From NCBI GenBank assembly GCA_037447605.1, contig CM074820.1, positions 930,001 to 994,000 on the forward strand: a stretch of DNA of 64,000 nt, given 5' to 3'. Below the pieces are notes generated by a model, which worked only from the letters and a program-made list of their open reading frames with translations, made no database searches and was not told the DNA's origin. This DNA comes from Zygnema circumcarinatum SAG 698-1b. Taxonomy: Eukaryota > Plantae > Zygnematophyceae. The translations under genes were made by a program, and so were the position numbers. Shown here piece after piece: positions 47,887-60,727 of the stretch (its first letter is position 1; each line of letters starts with the position of its first letter).

Positions 47887-49141
47887 ATGATGGATGCCAT
47901 GGCCATGGCCGCATCCATGGCCGGCATGGACGCCGGCATGGACGCCGCCATGGCCGCCATGGAAGCTCGCGCGGAGAGGCAGGGGCGGCACGTGTGGCTC
48001 CCGCATCTTGGCGTCTGGGGGATGCTCCCTCCTCCTTCTCCTGCCGCCATGGCCGACAGGGACAGGGCGTCTCCTGCACAAGGAAGCTCGTACTCAGAAG
48101 GACCTCCTTCGTCCTTTCCCTCTGCGTGCTCTACAGGGCAAATACGGAGGCCTGAAGTGAATTTAGGGAAATCAGATGTCGAGTTTGATGTGTCAGACCG
48201 TCGATTCTCACAGATATCCGATCGAGGTTGTGGTCTTCACGACTGTAAAGCGGCTCCTGCTTCTGACTCAGCGGGCTTGGAAGCCTCTCCGTCTTCGTGT
48301 CATTTTTCTGCGGCTGATGGAGACGACACTTTAGAAAGGAGTTCCAACAGGCAATCTGAAAGCTCACCTTCTCCTCGATGCACACCTCGTCCACTGGCGG
48401 AAGTCTCTGAAACCTTGGAAGCTTCAACTTCATCACCCGAAAGAAACGAGCCAGGCGCTTGTCCAATATGCTTGGTAGTGATTAGGTCAGATGCAAAGGC
48501 CGTCCTGCAGTTCTGTCTGCATGTTTACTGCATAAACTGCATCGATAAGTGGAGTAATATTCGACGTTTTTGCCCTCTTTGTAAAGCACCGTTTGTTGGA
48601 TGGTACTACAATATTAAGAACGACTCCACATACGATGAAAGAATTCTGCCAAAACAGAAGGTGTCTGAAGGGTCGCTGCAGAGGCCTCCGGAGTGGGCTC
48701 TCACAGCGAGGGAGCCATGGAGGTTTGACTGGAGACCTCATCGATCGGCACAGCGGCAGCAGCATCGGAGGTACACTACTCCCATGGCGGCGCCTCGATC
48801 TTGGAGGAAAAAAAAAAGTGGAAGAAGAAAAATCAAGATGCAAATTGGAAGAACGGTGTGCAAAAAACGTATCAACAAGTTTTGACTATTTTGGTTAAAA
48901 AAGAAGGAGAAGGAGCTGCCTGGTTTATTTCAGTGTTTCATGAGCCATCGGATTTTGACCCGTTTTTTTTTTTCATTCAACTTTTGGAACGTCTCCTTAC
49001 ATGGTTGAATTCAGGGGATTTTTCTTGTTCAGAAGTTTCCATAGCATGCTCTAGCAGTCAGTGACACCACAATTTTGTTGCAACGTTAACGCAAAGATTT
49101 GACGATGAGTGCATGTCAAATATACGTTCAGCTTACACGTA

Positions 49142-49193
<52 letters not shown>

Positions 49194-51932
49194 TGCACAC
49201 AAACAGATACACGCTAAAGCATGGCTTTGTTCATTGAGATAATGGAAATTCGTGAACGTTTCAAAAATTGTACCATTTTTCAATGTGTTTATTCTCGTGA
49301 AGGTGACGGCTGACGTGTGGTGTTTAAATTCTGCGGCAGAAGGGGGGAGAGAACACCATCTCATCCGCAGCCATACTTCTTTCGATTGCAGCGCGGCCTG
49401 CGATCTACTGCTGAGAGCGCACGTGACAACTGGCAAAATCCATCTCATGGAGGGAGAGATGTGCAAAATTTCATGACTGGAAGTGGAAGCCGCATTAACA
49501 ATTCTCTTCAAGAATCACCAAACATAGAGAGGACGAATTCACAAGTCCTGAAGTGGCGGCAGAGGTGCGCGCGCTTTTATGCTTCTGCAGGGTCTGGCTT
49601 GGCATGCAGACATTGGTTTGGCAGTAAGCAGACATGAAGCAGAAATTCTTCAAGTTCTTGTATGGTGTTATCTAAACTGCTTCTGAAAGCTCACGAGTAC
49701 AGAAGCTTAAACGTGTCGATGCCTAATTTATTGATTTTATATCTCACCTGCAGCATTTATGAACGGAATCTGCGTGCCCTGCCAGTGGAGTTGGGCGCGA
49801 TCCCTAGGACACAGCAGGTATTTAGGGTTTAGGGTTTAGGAATTAGGGTTTCGGGATGAAGAAGGGTCAAGGTTCAGGGTGTAAGGTTTAAGGGTTAGGG
49901 TTACGGGTATAGGGATTAGGATTTAAGGGTTAGTTCAAAGTTTATGGTTTAGGGGTTAGGGTCAATAGTTAAAAGGTTTTAAAGATTAAGGTTCAGGGTT
50001 TAGAATTTGAGGTTTAAGGGTTAGGGTTCAGAGTTTAGGGTTTAAGATTGAGGATTAGGGTTCAAAGTTTAAAATTTAAGGGTTAGGGTTCAGGATTTAC
50101 AGTTGAGTGTTGAATTTCAGGGCTGAGGGTTTAAGGGTTAAAGTTTTAGGTTTGAATGCTGAAGGGTTAGGATTAAGGGTTATAAGGTTTAAGAGTTAGG
50201 GACAGGTTCAGGACATAGGGATTAAAGGTAGGGTTCAAGGTTTAGGGTTTAAGGATTAGGATTCAGGGTTTAAAGTTAAGGGTTAGGGTTCAGAGTTTAA
50301 TGTTCAGAGGTTAATGTTCAGGGTCGAAAGTTTAAGGATTAGCGTTAAGGATTTTAGGTTTAAGGATTAGTGCTCGAGGTTTAAGGTTAATGAGTTAAGG
50401 TTTACGTTTTAGGGTTTTATGGTTAGGGTTCAGCGTTTAAGGTTTAAGGTCTAGGATTGAAGGTTCAGGGGTTCAGGTTTTCGGGTTAAGACTTCAAGGT
50501 TCAGGGTTTAATGTTTTAGAGTTGGTCTTCAGGGCTTAGAGTTTAGGTTAAGAGTTAGGGTTCAGGGCGTAAGGTTTTGTGCCGACAGGAAGAGAGGGAG
50601 AGAGAGAGAGGTTTTGTGCCGAAAGGGAGAGGGAGAGAGAGAGCGAGAACGAGAGCGAGAGAGAGAGAGGGTGAGAGGGAGGGAGACGCGACAGCTGGAG
50701 AGGGTGCGAACCCTTTCTTTGTATGAAGATATTGGGGTCAAGGCATTTTTTTCACCTCCCCGCCGCAGCTGACGAATGATCTTGAGCAATCTTTGTCAGT
50801 CTATTTGGACTGAAAGTGGTGGCATGGGAGCAGGGCATGCCTCAACAAGATGATGATGCGGAAGCAGAAGCACGGAAACTGCGGCGGTTGGAGCCTTGGA
50901 TCGAGCGGGAGCTCGAGGTTCGTCTGCTACTTACTGAATTCGTGCATTAATAATAGATTAATAGAACAGAAGCCGTAACTGTATCATGTAAGAAAGGATG
51001 CATCCACCTGATATTTTATGAATGTATTGCTACAATCAATGCTTTTGGGTCATACGTCTTTGAAACGTGTTTAAGATAGGATCCATTCTGCAGAATTGTC
51101 AGAAATTTTTCCCTGTTGGAGTTTTGCTGACTGCAGGCTTTGCTAGGCGATGCCGACATTCCATTTTTTCTGCAAGTTGTGCGCGGCCTGTGGCTGGCAT
51201 GTAGACGACAAAAGGCCACGAATCGTAGAACGACATCTGGACCAGTAAAAATGCGCCACGTGGCGGAAGGGCCTGAGGCGACCAATGCCGCTGCTGTGAA
51301 GGAACTTGGAACGTTTTTGGGCAGCCATGCTCCCTCCTTTTGGCATGAACTGAGGTGAACGGAAAACATCCTTTCTTCCTGAGCTCACATTTGAGGTGGT
51401 CTTTTGGAGCTATTTTTGTAGCAGAGCAAGGTATTTTGCAGTGGCTGATTGCTTCACTGAATGTGCTGGTTTACTTCTGGAGGATGGCAGAAATTTCGCT
51501 GCAAATCCGTTCACCATGCAGGCATATGATTCCGTTGTCCGTTACGCACCTTTTGGTGGGCCTTCAGCAGAAGCGGCGACTGGAAGTGGAAACCACGAGG
51601 AGGCTAGCATGCACTCTGAGCCGCAGAGGGAGTCATTAGGTAGGGAAGGGAATCTTGTAACGGAGCAGAGGAAAAGGAGGCACGTAGAGAGTAGGGAGGG
51701 AGGGAGGGGGTCTGAACCACGGAGGGTTGATGAATCGAGTGGTAGGGACAGATTGGGAGCTCGAAAGCAAGAAGGGAGGCAAGGAAGAGAAGTTAGGGTT
51801 AGGAAAGAGAACGAGACATGCAAAGTAAGTTGTAGGGATGGAGTAGAAGGGGGTGAAGTGGGGCATCAGGGTCGATATTTGAAGGCATCTGTTGAGAGAG
51901 GGAAGCTATTCAATGGACCAAGGGAGACCTGA
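47887..51932 (+). CDS. C3HC4 RING E3 ligase, TOPORS-like, multi-exon
   Basis: RING: CPICL..CLHVYC..CI..W..CPLCK. Later exons encode RRLEPWIERELE, FLGSHAPSFWHELR and ANPFTMQAYDSVVRY, resembling the TOPORS-type PW.RREL / F.HEL / SP..M..YD pattern. Confidence 0.8.
49144..49192. repeat. (CT)n(CA)n compound microsatellite (intronic)
   Basis: Directly visible. Confidence 0.9.
49821..50578 (+). repeat. Degenerate telomere-like array (TTTAGGG/TTAGGG/TTCAGGG/TTTAAG) inside an intron
   Basis: Starts with perfect TTTAGGG units 3 nt after the GT donor at 49818, then about 750 bp of G-strand variants. Confidence 0.85.
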
Positions 51933-53477
51933 GGCATCTCCTATTTGTACAAATCTCGCAATAAGTTGAAAGTTGAAGAGAGTATGAATGCAAATCATGG
52001 GATGCATGGCATGGCAAGAAACGGACGTGAGCTGTGTGAGGTTTGCCAATTTTAAATCATTTAACACGTTACCCCTGACAGTTGGACTCGTGGGGTTTTG
52101 CGACTGTGGGATTTAATGCGAGGACTTTCTCCTTTGCGAACTATTTTCAGGCATCATCCAATGCCGACTCGCCACGTCGACACTTTTTCACACGGGCCAA
52201 AGTGCGAGTGGAAGTTGCGTTGGAGAGGCATTGGAGCTCTCAAAGTCTCTTCAGGATCTGCCATTTCTCGTTTTTCCATCTCATGTCCTTGCCCTTGAAG
52301 GCATCGCATGCACATGCAATAACCTCGAACCACTTGCACCACACGAATGTCAATCACTACGGATTTCCCACGTAACTCCCCCCAAGGGTACCGCTATAGG
52401 CCGGTCCTACCAGCACCCAGACTGCTTCACTTTCTTCAGGACGACTCGGCAGCCGCCGATCTAGCATGCAAAGGGGCCCTCTACCTCCACCCCCTGCCGA
52501 CAACAGAACACCGAACATGACAGAACATGCCCCGTCAACTGGTCCGTACGATCCTCCTCCTCTCCCTCTCCCTCGCCCTCTCCCTCTCCCTCTCCCTCTC
52601 CCTCTCTATCCCCCTCTCCCTCCCAGAGATTCCGATGATCCGATCTCCCTTTTACAGCAGAGAGCTAGGCACTTTTCCCCCTCTGTTGCACCGCACGGCG
52701 GCAAGATCTGCACAAGCCCATCTCGATTCCAGCCAGGATACGGATACGTGCGGGGACCCGTTCCATGTGGGCGTCCCCGTTCTTTCTATTCCCTGTCACA
52801 CGGATCCAACACGGAGCCGCGCTTCGATGAAACGAATCTCGAACTTTCAACTGATTTCGCCATGGATTTTCGCAAGGAGGCCGTATCCCGTTGCGCATCT
52901 CGAACAGAACGGAACTGATCTCAACCCCGAGGTTCCATGCCGCGACCCTACTCGTACGGCCTATCGGGCAGTAATGAGCCGTCCGTACAACCTCCCCTAC
53001 TCCCGGTACCGTGGTAGCCTACAGTGCCGACCGCCCCCTCGTAGCCCCACCGACCTACTCCACCGACTAGGCGTACCCCGCGAACGTCGCCCCCAAAAGC
53101 CGGCGCCCATCAGCCGCCCGTCCGCCCGCCCGCCCGGCCCACCCCCGTGGGCGGGCGGGCGGGCCGACCGGGCGGCCTTGACCCGCGCGCGCGCTTGTGC
53201 CCGCCTGGCGCTGGGTCTACCTCCTACCGTACGAATCCACTGTACGAAGGACCTCCCATTGGAGGGTTCAACGGAGAGCATGCTTTAACTCCGCCGCCCG
53301 GGGCAGATCTCGCTATTCGAGTGGCCGTACGGTACAAATAGCGAAATCGTCGCTAGACGACAAGCATGGTGATGAGTTGGTCGGGCGTCCCGCCAAGGTC
53401 AACCAGACAATGGAAGGGCTGGTCTCGGATCCACCGACGGAGAACAGATCCACCGCCGCGCCGTCAGGCCAATTGCA

Positions 53478-53904
53478 CACGTGGCGACAGTTGAACCCGC
53501 CCTCCGCGGCCAAATTCCGTCCTCAAAAATTGGTGTTTTGGACGCATACCCCATTTGGTACGAACGTTTGAAAATTCCCGCGCGTCAGCCGTCCCCGTCC
53601 ACCTGCCGCACTTTTAGCGACCTCACGACCACCGAAGACCGCGTCAATATGGACAAACCTCTGCCGTCCGATCTGTATCCAATCGGACGGCTCTGACTGC
53701 GCCCCGATCCTCAGTCCCCACACGTGCGGTAAGGCAGGTCCCCCGCACGGGCGAGGCGCTTAGGACAAGCGAAAATGTACGGTCCGTGCACGTTCGTACG
53801 AACGGCAGGTGCCGGAGACAGGCGGTGGGCCCCCTGGCCGCAGCGGAGGAGGCCGCAACCTGGAAGGGCAGGCGCCGGGAACTGCGGGCCTGCTGACACG
53901 TGGC
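53478..53904 (+). promoter_or_regulatory. G-box/ABRE-like motifs upstream of RAV
   Basis: CACGTGGC at 53478 and 53897; CACGTG at 53721. Confidence 0.35.
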
Positions 53905-54096
53905 GGAGGGAGAGGGAGGGAGGAGCGGGAGGAAGGGGGAGGGAGGGAGGGAGGGAGGGAGGGAGGGNNNNNNNNNNGAGGGAGGGAGGGAGGGAGGGAG
54001 GGAGGGAGGGGAGGAGAGGGAGGGAGAGGCCATGGCGGGAGGGTGGGGGGGGAGGGAGTGAGGGGGGAGGAGGGAGAGCGTGAGGGAAGGTCGAAG

Positions 54097-57000
54097 ATGG
54101 CGACGATGTCAGCTTGGAATGCGGAAACTGCAACAGAAGGGAGCCGGGGGGGGCAGCTGAGCCCCAGGAGCAGTCTGCTTGGGGGGGCGGGTGAAGGCGA
54201 GGGGTTTAGGGCAGGGAGCGGGAGTGCAGGGGTTCAGGGAGAAGGGGTGGGAGGAGGGCAGCGGGAAGGGGAGGGCTGGAAGGCGGTAGAGGGGGGATTA
54301 GGGTTTCGGAGACCGGCAACGACGGCGCAGCAGTGGCAGGCTGTGGAGACGGAGAGGAGCTTGAACTCGGGAGGGGCCGCAGGGAGCGTTTCTGGAGGAG
54401 GGGCAAAGTCTGCAAGTTCAAGAGGGCAAGGGGGAGGATTAGGGTTAGGGTTAGGGGCGGGAGAGGGAGCGGGGGAGTCGGGATCTGTGTCTACAGCAGA
54501 CGAGGAGGAGGAGAGGAGGAAGGAGGAGCTCGCTGCAAGGGATCCTGAACACTTGGCGGAAGTTGGGTTATTGCCAAAGGTCGAGCCCCGGAGCGACACG
54601 TGGATGGCTGGGAGGCATGAAGAGAGTGCGGTGAAGCCGGTGGGAGCGGGAGTGGTAGCGGACAGGGCAACCAGTACGAGTCTGGGGGGAGGGGCGGAGG
54701 TAGGAGGGCAGGTGGGAGACTCAGAGGGAGAGGACGAAGCTCCAAGGAGTACAAGTGAACCGAACAGATTGTGTTCCAGTCAATACAGGGGAGTGGTGCC
54801 GCAGCCTAATGGGAGGTGGGGGGCTCAAATCTATGAAAAGCATACAAGGGTGTGGCTGGGAACATTTAACAACGAGGAGGAGGCGGCACGAGCGTATGAT
54901 CGAGCTGCGATTAAGTTCAGAGGGAGGGATGCCATGACTAATTTCAGACCAATGCCGGAGTCGGATCCTGAAAGCGACTTCATTCGAACTCACAAAAAGG
55001 AGCAGGTAAATGGCGGAAAATACGGTTTGCTGCTATGCGGCTTTAATTGCAGCCGGGAAAGCATCGGGCTGCAATTCCCGGTCGGTAACTCGAAAGCATT
55101 GCATAACATAGGAACATTGTCATTGTAGCAGTAGTCCGTGATATAATGAAGAAGGTCGGAGCTCGCTCCGGGCTTAGCAGGCGTGTGGGGCGTCATGGAA
55201 GGAATCTTGGGAGAAGCAACCAGTCATTTCTATGAGGGCTGTGTTTGAAATGGAGTTACAGAACGCAACTTTTCGGAAATGAGCACAAGTACAAAAGGCA
55301 TGACTCAGTAGTTGCGGAAAATGCAGCATTGTCGTGCATGTGCGAGGGAATGCAGAGGAAGAGAAGGGGAAGAAAGCATGGGCCGAGGAAAAAGAAAAAA
55401 GCTGAATCAAGGTACTTTTAACAGGCAGACATATAGACCTTACTACGAAGGTAGATAGAAAACGAGTGTCAGAGAGAGACAGGGAGAAAAGAGGAGGGGG
55501 GGGGGGGGGGGGGGGGGGGGNNNNNNNNNNGGGGGACGTGGACCCAATGTGAGGGTAGTCGAGTCCTACCTGTTTTCCGAGTCTTGAAGGTGCTGATAAT
55601 CGTCGGCACTCACATCAAAGACTTGTCCTTATCCAGAGGTTCACGAGTCAACGAGTCGATTTCTGTATCTGCGGTCTTGGCAGAAGCATCCTGCAGCGTT
55701 GTGCCACCTGTCTTTCTTGCAGCAAAATCTCAGAACTCTTTATTTCCAGTTATTTTCCTATTTCGGATAATGCAGTTGGCAAATATGACATACTTTTAAG
55801 CTTTCAAAATGTCGCAAGCAGGTCCTCTTTAATGTAAGAATTGTGATACAAGAGATTAGATTAGGGCTTCTTTCCCAGGTTACCTTTGGTTTAGGGTTAG
55901 GTTTCCTCGTAAGGCAAGGCTATCGTATTCGCGGTAAAAGCTGAATTTCAGTTACCCTCCCCTCCTCCCGTTTACCGAGATGCACGGTGTTGCAGTGGAT
56001 CGCATTTCAGCTTTTGGCTTCCTTTAAGCGCAAGAAAGCATGTTCGTATTTAGAGTTCTATCAACGATACGCAGAATTGCAAACGTTTAAGGGTTTGCTC
56101 GTTTAGAGCACCTTGCATTCCGCGTTGTTACTCCACCTACAAGATTATCTTTTGCTCTTACTTAGGGGTCATTAACTCTCAAGTACTTGCTTTTAAAAAA
56201 GGAGGGAGAGATAGCAGAATTAGGTCTGTCTTATCAGTTCGCATGTTTCTAAATGCACAGGAAACGCTCAAAAAGGATCCATTTTCATCTAGTCTCTGAA
56301 GGTGAAACGTTGAGTTATTTCGCTTCCTGCTTCCCTTCTGAGAGTAATCAAAATGTGCACTTTCTGTGACAACTGATAGAAGCTGATCCTTCCTTGCTCC
56401 TAAAAATTGTATTGAAATTAGTGTGATCAAGTCCCCCCTCCTTTGACTGAATGCTGTTCAAATTATGGTTGATGCAGCTTGTAGACATGCTGAGAAGACA
56501 CACGTATGACGAAGAACTCGAGCAGAGCAAGAAGTTGGCAGCAGGGGGGGGAGGAAGCACTCCTACTGCTGCTACGGAAAACGGAACTTCAGGGAGGAGG
56601 GAGAACATGGAAGGGGGGCATGGAGGGGCGTTGGTTGCCAGTGGGTTTGGAGGGAAGAAAGGCATTCTGAAGGAGCATTTGTTTGAGAAGGCAGTGACTC
56701 CAAGCGATGTAGGGAAACTGAACCGACTTGTTATTCCAAAGCAGCATGCAGAGCGTTGCTTTCCGTTGGACTTGAGCTCCAATACGCCGGCACAGACACT
56801 CTCGTTTGAGGACGAGGGAGGGAAGCATTGGAGATTCAGGTTGGCTTCTTTACTGCCACTGATAGAAATGCACCTTCACACTCGTCCAAACTCAAACTCA
56901 TCTCGTGTACTTTCTTCTTATCCCTTTCACTCCCTAATTCAGACTCCTTCGTTTGCAGATACTCGTATTGGAACTCGAGTCAGAGCTATGTTCTCACCAA

Positions 57001-59062
57001 AGGGTGGAGCAGATTCGTTAAAGAGAAGCTTCTTGTACCCGGAGACATTGTCCTGTTTGACAGAGGCCCTCAACAGGAGCTATTCATAGGGTTCAGAAGA
57101 CGCCCTGCTCAGGGGTTTATGTCTCCTCCCTTCCCCTCTCCTCAGGGGGGTCCCGACTCACGTCAATGGCAGCGTTCAGGCCCTGCAGGGGGAGCAGTAG
57201 GACCTTCCAGACTCGGCAATCGGACTCCCCCACCAGTGGTAAAGCAGCTATCCTGACGAAACATATATAAAAGTAGAGAAAATATGCAAAATGTGACCGC
57301 AATGAACTTGGCATTGTCATAATTATCATTGTCATTATTGTCATAAGCTCATAATCTTCGTCGTTTGTATCAGTAATGAACTTGGGTTTTGCTTATAATC
57401 GTCGTCGTTTGTATCAGTAACCATCTAAAGAATGCTAGAAACGTTAACTTTTCATGTGTAGAGAGATGGGTGTGAGTTACGTTGTCTATGGAGACCACGC
57501 TGACAGAATGGCGAAGTCGAACGCAGGGTGGTGAAGGCGAGCTTTTGGCTCTCCCGGAAACCGATGGTGGGAGCGGCGGAGCAGAGGGAGAGGAGGGAGA
57601 TGAGACAAACACAAAGCTGTTCGGAGTGCAGTTAGAGGGCGAGGGAAACGGACAAGGGTCTGCAATAGGCAGCATGAACGGCAACCAAATGCAGCTGCCC
57701 CCTTCTTTGCTATCTCAACTTGGAGGGGGGGGACTCGCCCATATTATAGGACTCTTGAATCAGTCCGGAGCATTGGCTGCTAATCCGGGGCTTCTTCCTC
57801 AGCTTCAGCAGCTTCATCAGCATCAGCAGAGGCAACAGCAGCAAGAACAACAAGCAATTCAGGAACAAGAGAGGCAGCAGCAGCAGGCAATGGCAGAGCA
57901 GCAAAGGCAGCAGGCAAAACGAGAGAGAGAGGAGCAAGAGAGACAACAGCAGCAGCAACAGCAGCAGCAGCAGCAGCAGCAGTTAGCGCAGTTGCAGGAA
58001 GGGGGGGGAGAGGAGGCTCACAGAGGAGGGGGAGATGGGGGAATGCAGGAGCAGATTCTTGCTGCCTTAGCTGTTGCACAGATGCAGGGTATGCCTCCGG
58101 GAATGACCAAAGAGCAGTTTGTTTCATCTCTAGCGAGTTTGATACAACAGCAGCAGCAGCAGCAGCAGTTTCTGCGGCAGCTTCAGGAACAACAGCAGGA
58201 GCAGCAACAGAAGCAGACGCAGCTCATAGGGGGAGGAGTGAGGCAAGCAGAGGAGGAGGGCGCCATGGTCAGAAGCTTTCCGCAGCTCTCTCCTTCTCCT
58301 CTCAGTCAGAGAGCAATGCTCGATGCTTTGCAAGCTCAGACGGCAAATCAGGTGGGCAGCAGTCCTGTCCATGCCCCTCAAAGCTCAGGAGGTTCTGCTC
58401 CATTAGGAAATGGCAGAAAGAGGCAGGGACCCGAGGGTTTTGATCAGCAAGAAGGGTTCAGGGTGGGGGGAAACCCCCACCTATCGCACCATTCTATGGC
58501 AAATGATGAGGTGTTGATGAACCCCTTAGGCAGCAACAAGAAATTTGCAATGAGCCTCTCGGGAATGGACGGCAGCGCTGTTGGTGCAAGCAACAGTTTA
58601 GCTACGGAGGTTAACCGATTACTGCAGACTCCAAGGATAACTTCTACGGCAGTCAATTCTGGCCCGAGTTCACCTCTTTCTCCAGATAATCGATCAAATG
58701 CTTCCTCCCAAGGGCTTGTTGCCATGGGAGCGGGAGGGAGGTCGTTTGACGATGGTCTTCCAAGCGCAAAGACGTCGTTGGAAGGAAGTGCAGGAGGTTT
58801 GGTAGGGGCAGGGGCAGGGGGAGGGGGAGGGGGAGAGGGAGAGGGGCAGAGAGTGAAGTGCTTTGTGGAAGGATCGCCATTTGGAGTTTCGGTGGACTTG
58901 TCAAGATTCCATTCAACGCAGGAACTTAGAGAAGCGCTGCTTTCAGTCACGGAAGGCACGTCCGTAGTTTATCAAGACAAGGACGGAGACATGATTTTGC
59001 TAGGAGACGAGTCGTGGGAGTTCTTCCTCAAGTCAGTTCGGAGAATGTACATACGAAGGTAG
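54097..59062 (+). CDS. RAV: RAV-type transcription factor with AP2, B3, KLFGV repression motif, Q-rich middle region and C-terminal PB1
   Basis: AP2: [30 protein letters not shown]. Linker: [19 protein letters not shown]3: [29 protein letters not shown]|[28 protein letters not shown] at 57614-57628. PB1: [34 protein letters not shown]. Confidence 0.93.
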
Positions 59063-60031
59063 GTCAGTAACTAATTGGGGCCTCCAAAGTAAGGCCCAAA
59101 CTGTAGATGAACTCTTAGTGTCGCCATAATTCCGTGAAGGCGGGTGAACCCTCTCCCTCCGTAGCCCCGCCCACCCACCCACCCACCCACCCACCCACCC
59201 ATCAGTAAGCTTTATTCGCAGCAATAAGAATCAGTTCAGTGCTGTTGTAGGAGTCCAGGTGGCAGTCGTAGGGCAGTCAGTATTTATCAAGGTCATGGCA
59301 TTTCGAATTTTGAATGCTGGTTTCCCCCATTGCCGTGTTTGTCATGGGGGGCTTTTCTCCCCCGTCCTACCAACCCTAAAAAGTTGCGGACAGTCGGACA
59401 GCAGGAAAACACCCTTCTTGGACTTTAACGGCTCTTTCTTTTGTTGGGTCCGATCCAAAGATGAATAGATGCTTCATCAGGGGCTTCATTTTTGTGCCCA
59501 ACTGTGCCACATAGGGCAGAGCCTTTTTAATGCGGACTTCTATTAGGGCTATTTCTACTGTGCACTACGTTTTGGGTCTTCCCATTGATCGTATTTTTTT
59601 CCTGAGCTGCCACTTTCCGTGACATTCCATTTCATTCTGTTTCCCCGAAACCATCCTTCCGAGGAGAATTGGGCGTTGCATATTGTTCGTTATAGAATGA
59701 GCGGTGCCCCTTGGCAGTGAGTGGCTCACTGACTAAATCGGCGAGCTTTCACGGAGACCCTCCAGCCGCTAATCTTTGGCCAATGGGTAAAGCCAATGGT
59801 TGGGAACCTCGCCAAAAATTGCGTTGTTTTTACTTGATATTTGCCCATTCATAAGATAAGACCACAGGCAAAGGTGAAGGCGGTAAGGACAAAGTATGAG
59901 GTGCCTCTCTCTTCGTACTGAACCAACGGTTGGCGGTTGCAGCCAACCATTTGCCTACCAATGGTTGGCCTTGTTGCCACGATTTGACGTTGGACTGCCA
60001 TATGATTTGTTTGGTTGGTAGGAACATTGTC

Positions 60032-60058
60032 GTCCGTACAGTCCGTACAGTCCGTACA
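60032..60058 (+). promoter_or_regulatory. Triple GTCCGTACA tandem (GTAC-core, candidate SBP/SPL sites) upstream of the transporter gene
   Basis: GTCCGTACA x3, about 670 bp upstream of ATG 60728. Confidence 0.4.
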
Positions 60059-60727
60059 TCCTTTATGGGACGTGGCAGACAGTCATTGGTTAATCACATG
60101 CAATGTGCCCGTAATGGTGTCACGTGGCGGCCTGGTAACCGCCGGAAGATTCGCTAGAAGGAGAAAGTCAATTCTCGCCCTTCACATGTTGTTATGAATC
60201 ACGGATACAGTTATGGAAAACCGCATAGAACTGTGAAAATCCTTATATAGCACTATTTAACTGCGGCGTAAAACTGTGAACTGGGCTTCATGTAGACGGT
60301 TTGGAGCTTTTTTGAAGGCCCAGGAGAGTGGAGAGGGTGGGAGGGAGAGTAAGCTTACCGGTTCCTACGGCACACGACATGGAGTCCCTTTAGAGCGGAT
60401 CGCGCGGGGGAGAGAGAAAGAGAGAGAGAGAGAGAAAGGGAAAGAGAGAGGGAGAGGGAGAGGGGGAGAGAGAGGGGGGGAGAGAGAGAGTCGGGGCTGG
60501 AGATTATCCTCTTCTTGCAGAAGCTCTCTTCGTTCTCCCATCTCCTCTGTCTCTTGCAGCCCTCTGTCGCTGTTTCAAGACTGGCAGAGGAACAGGGGTG
60601 ACGTGGAATTGCTAATGCTGAAAAATGAAACTGCTGCCGCGCACGCAGAGCAGCCCTAGATGAGCTGCGTCTGTTGTCTGCGAGCTTTATTTTTTGCAGT
60701 TGAGCAAGCAGGGGAGGTTTCAGTTAA

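Noticed and set aside
52466-53571. ORFs between the RING and RAV genes
   Set aside because: Low-complexity, GC-rich intergenic sequence with no recognisable motifs or splice pattern.
53809-54096. N-terminal extension of RAV from the ORF track
   Set aside because: Low-complexity GGGA repeats spanning an N gap. More likely 5' UTR; ATG 54097 was used instead.
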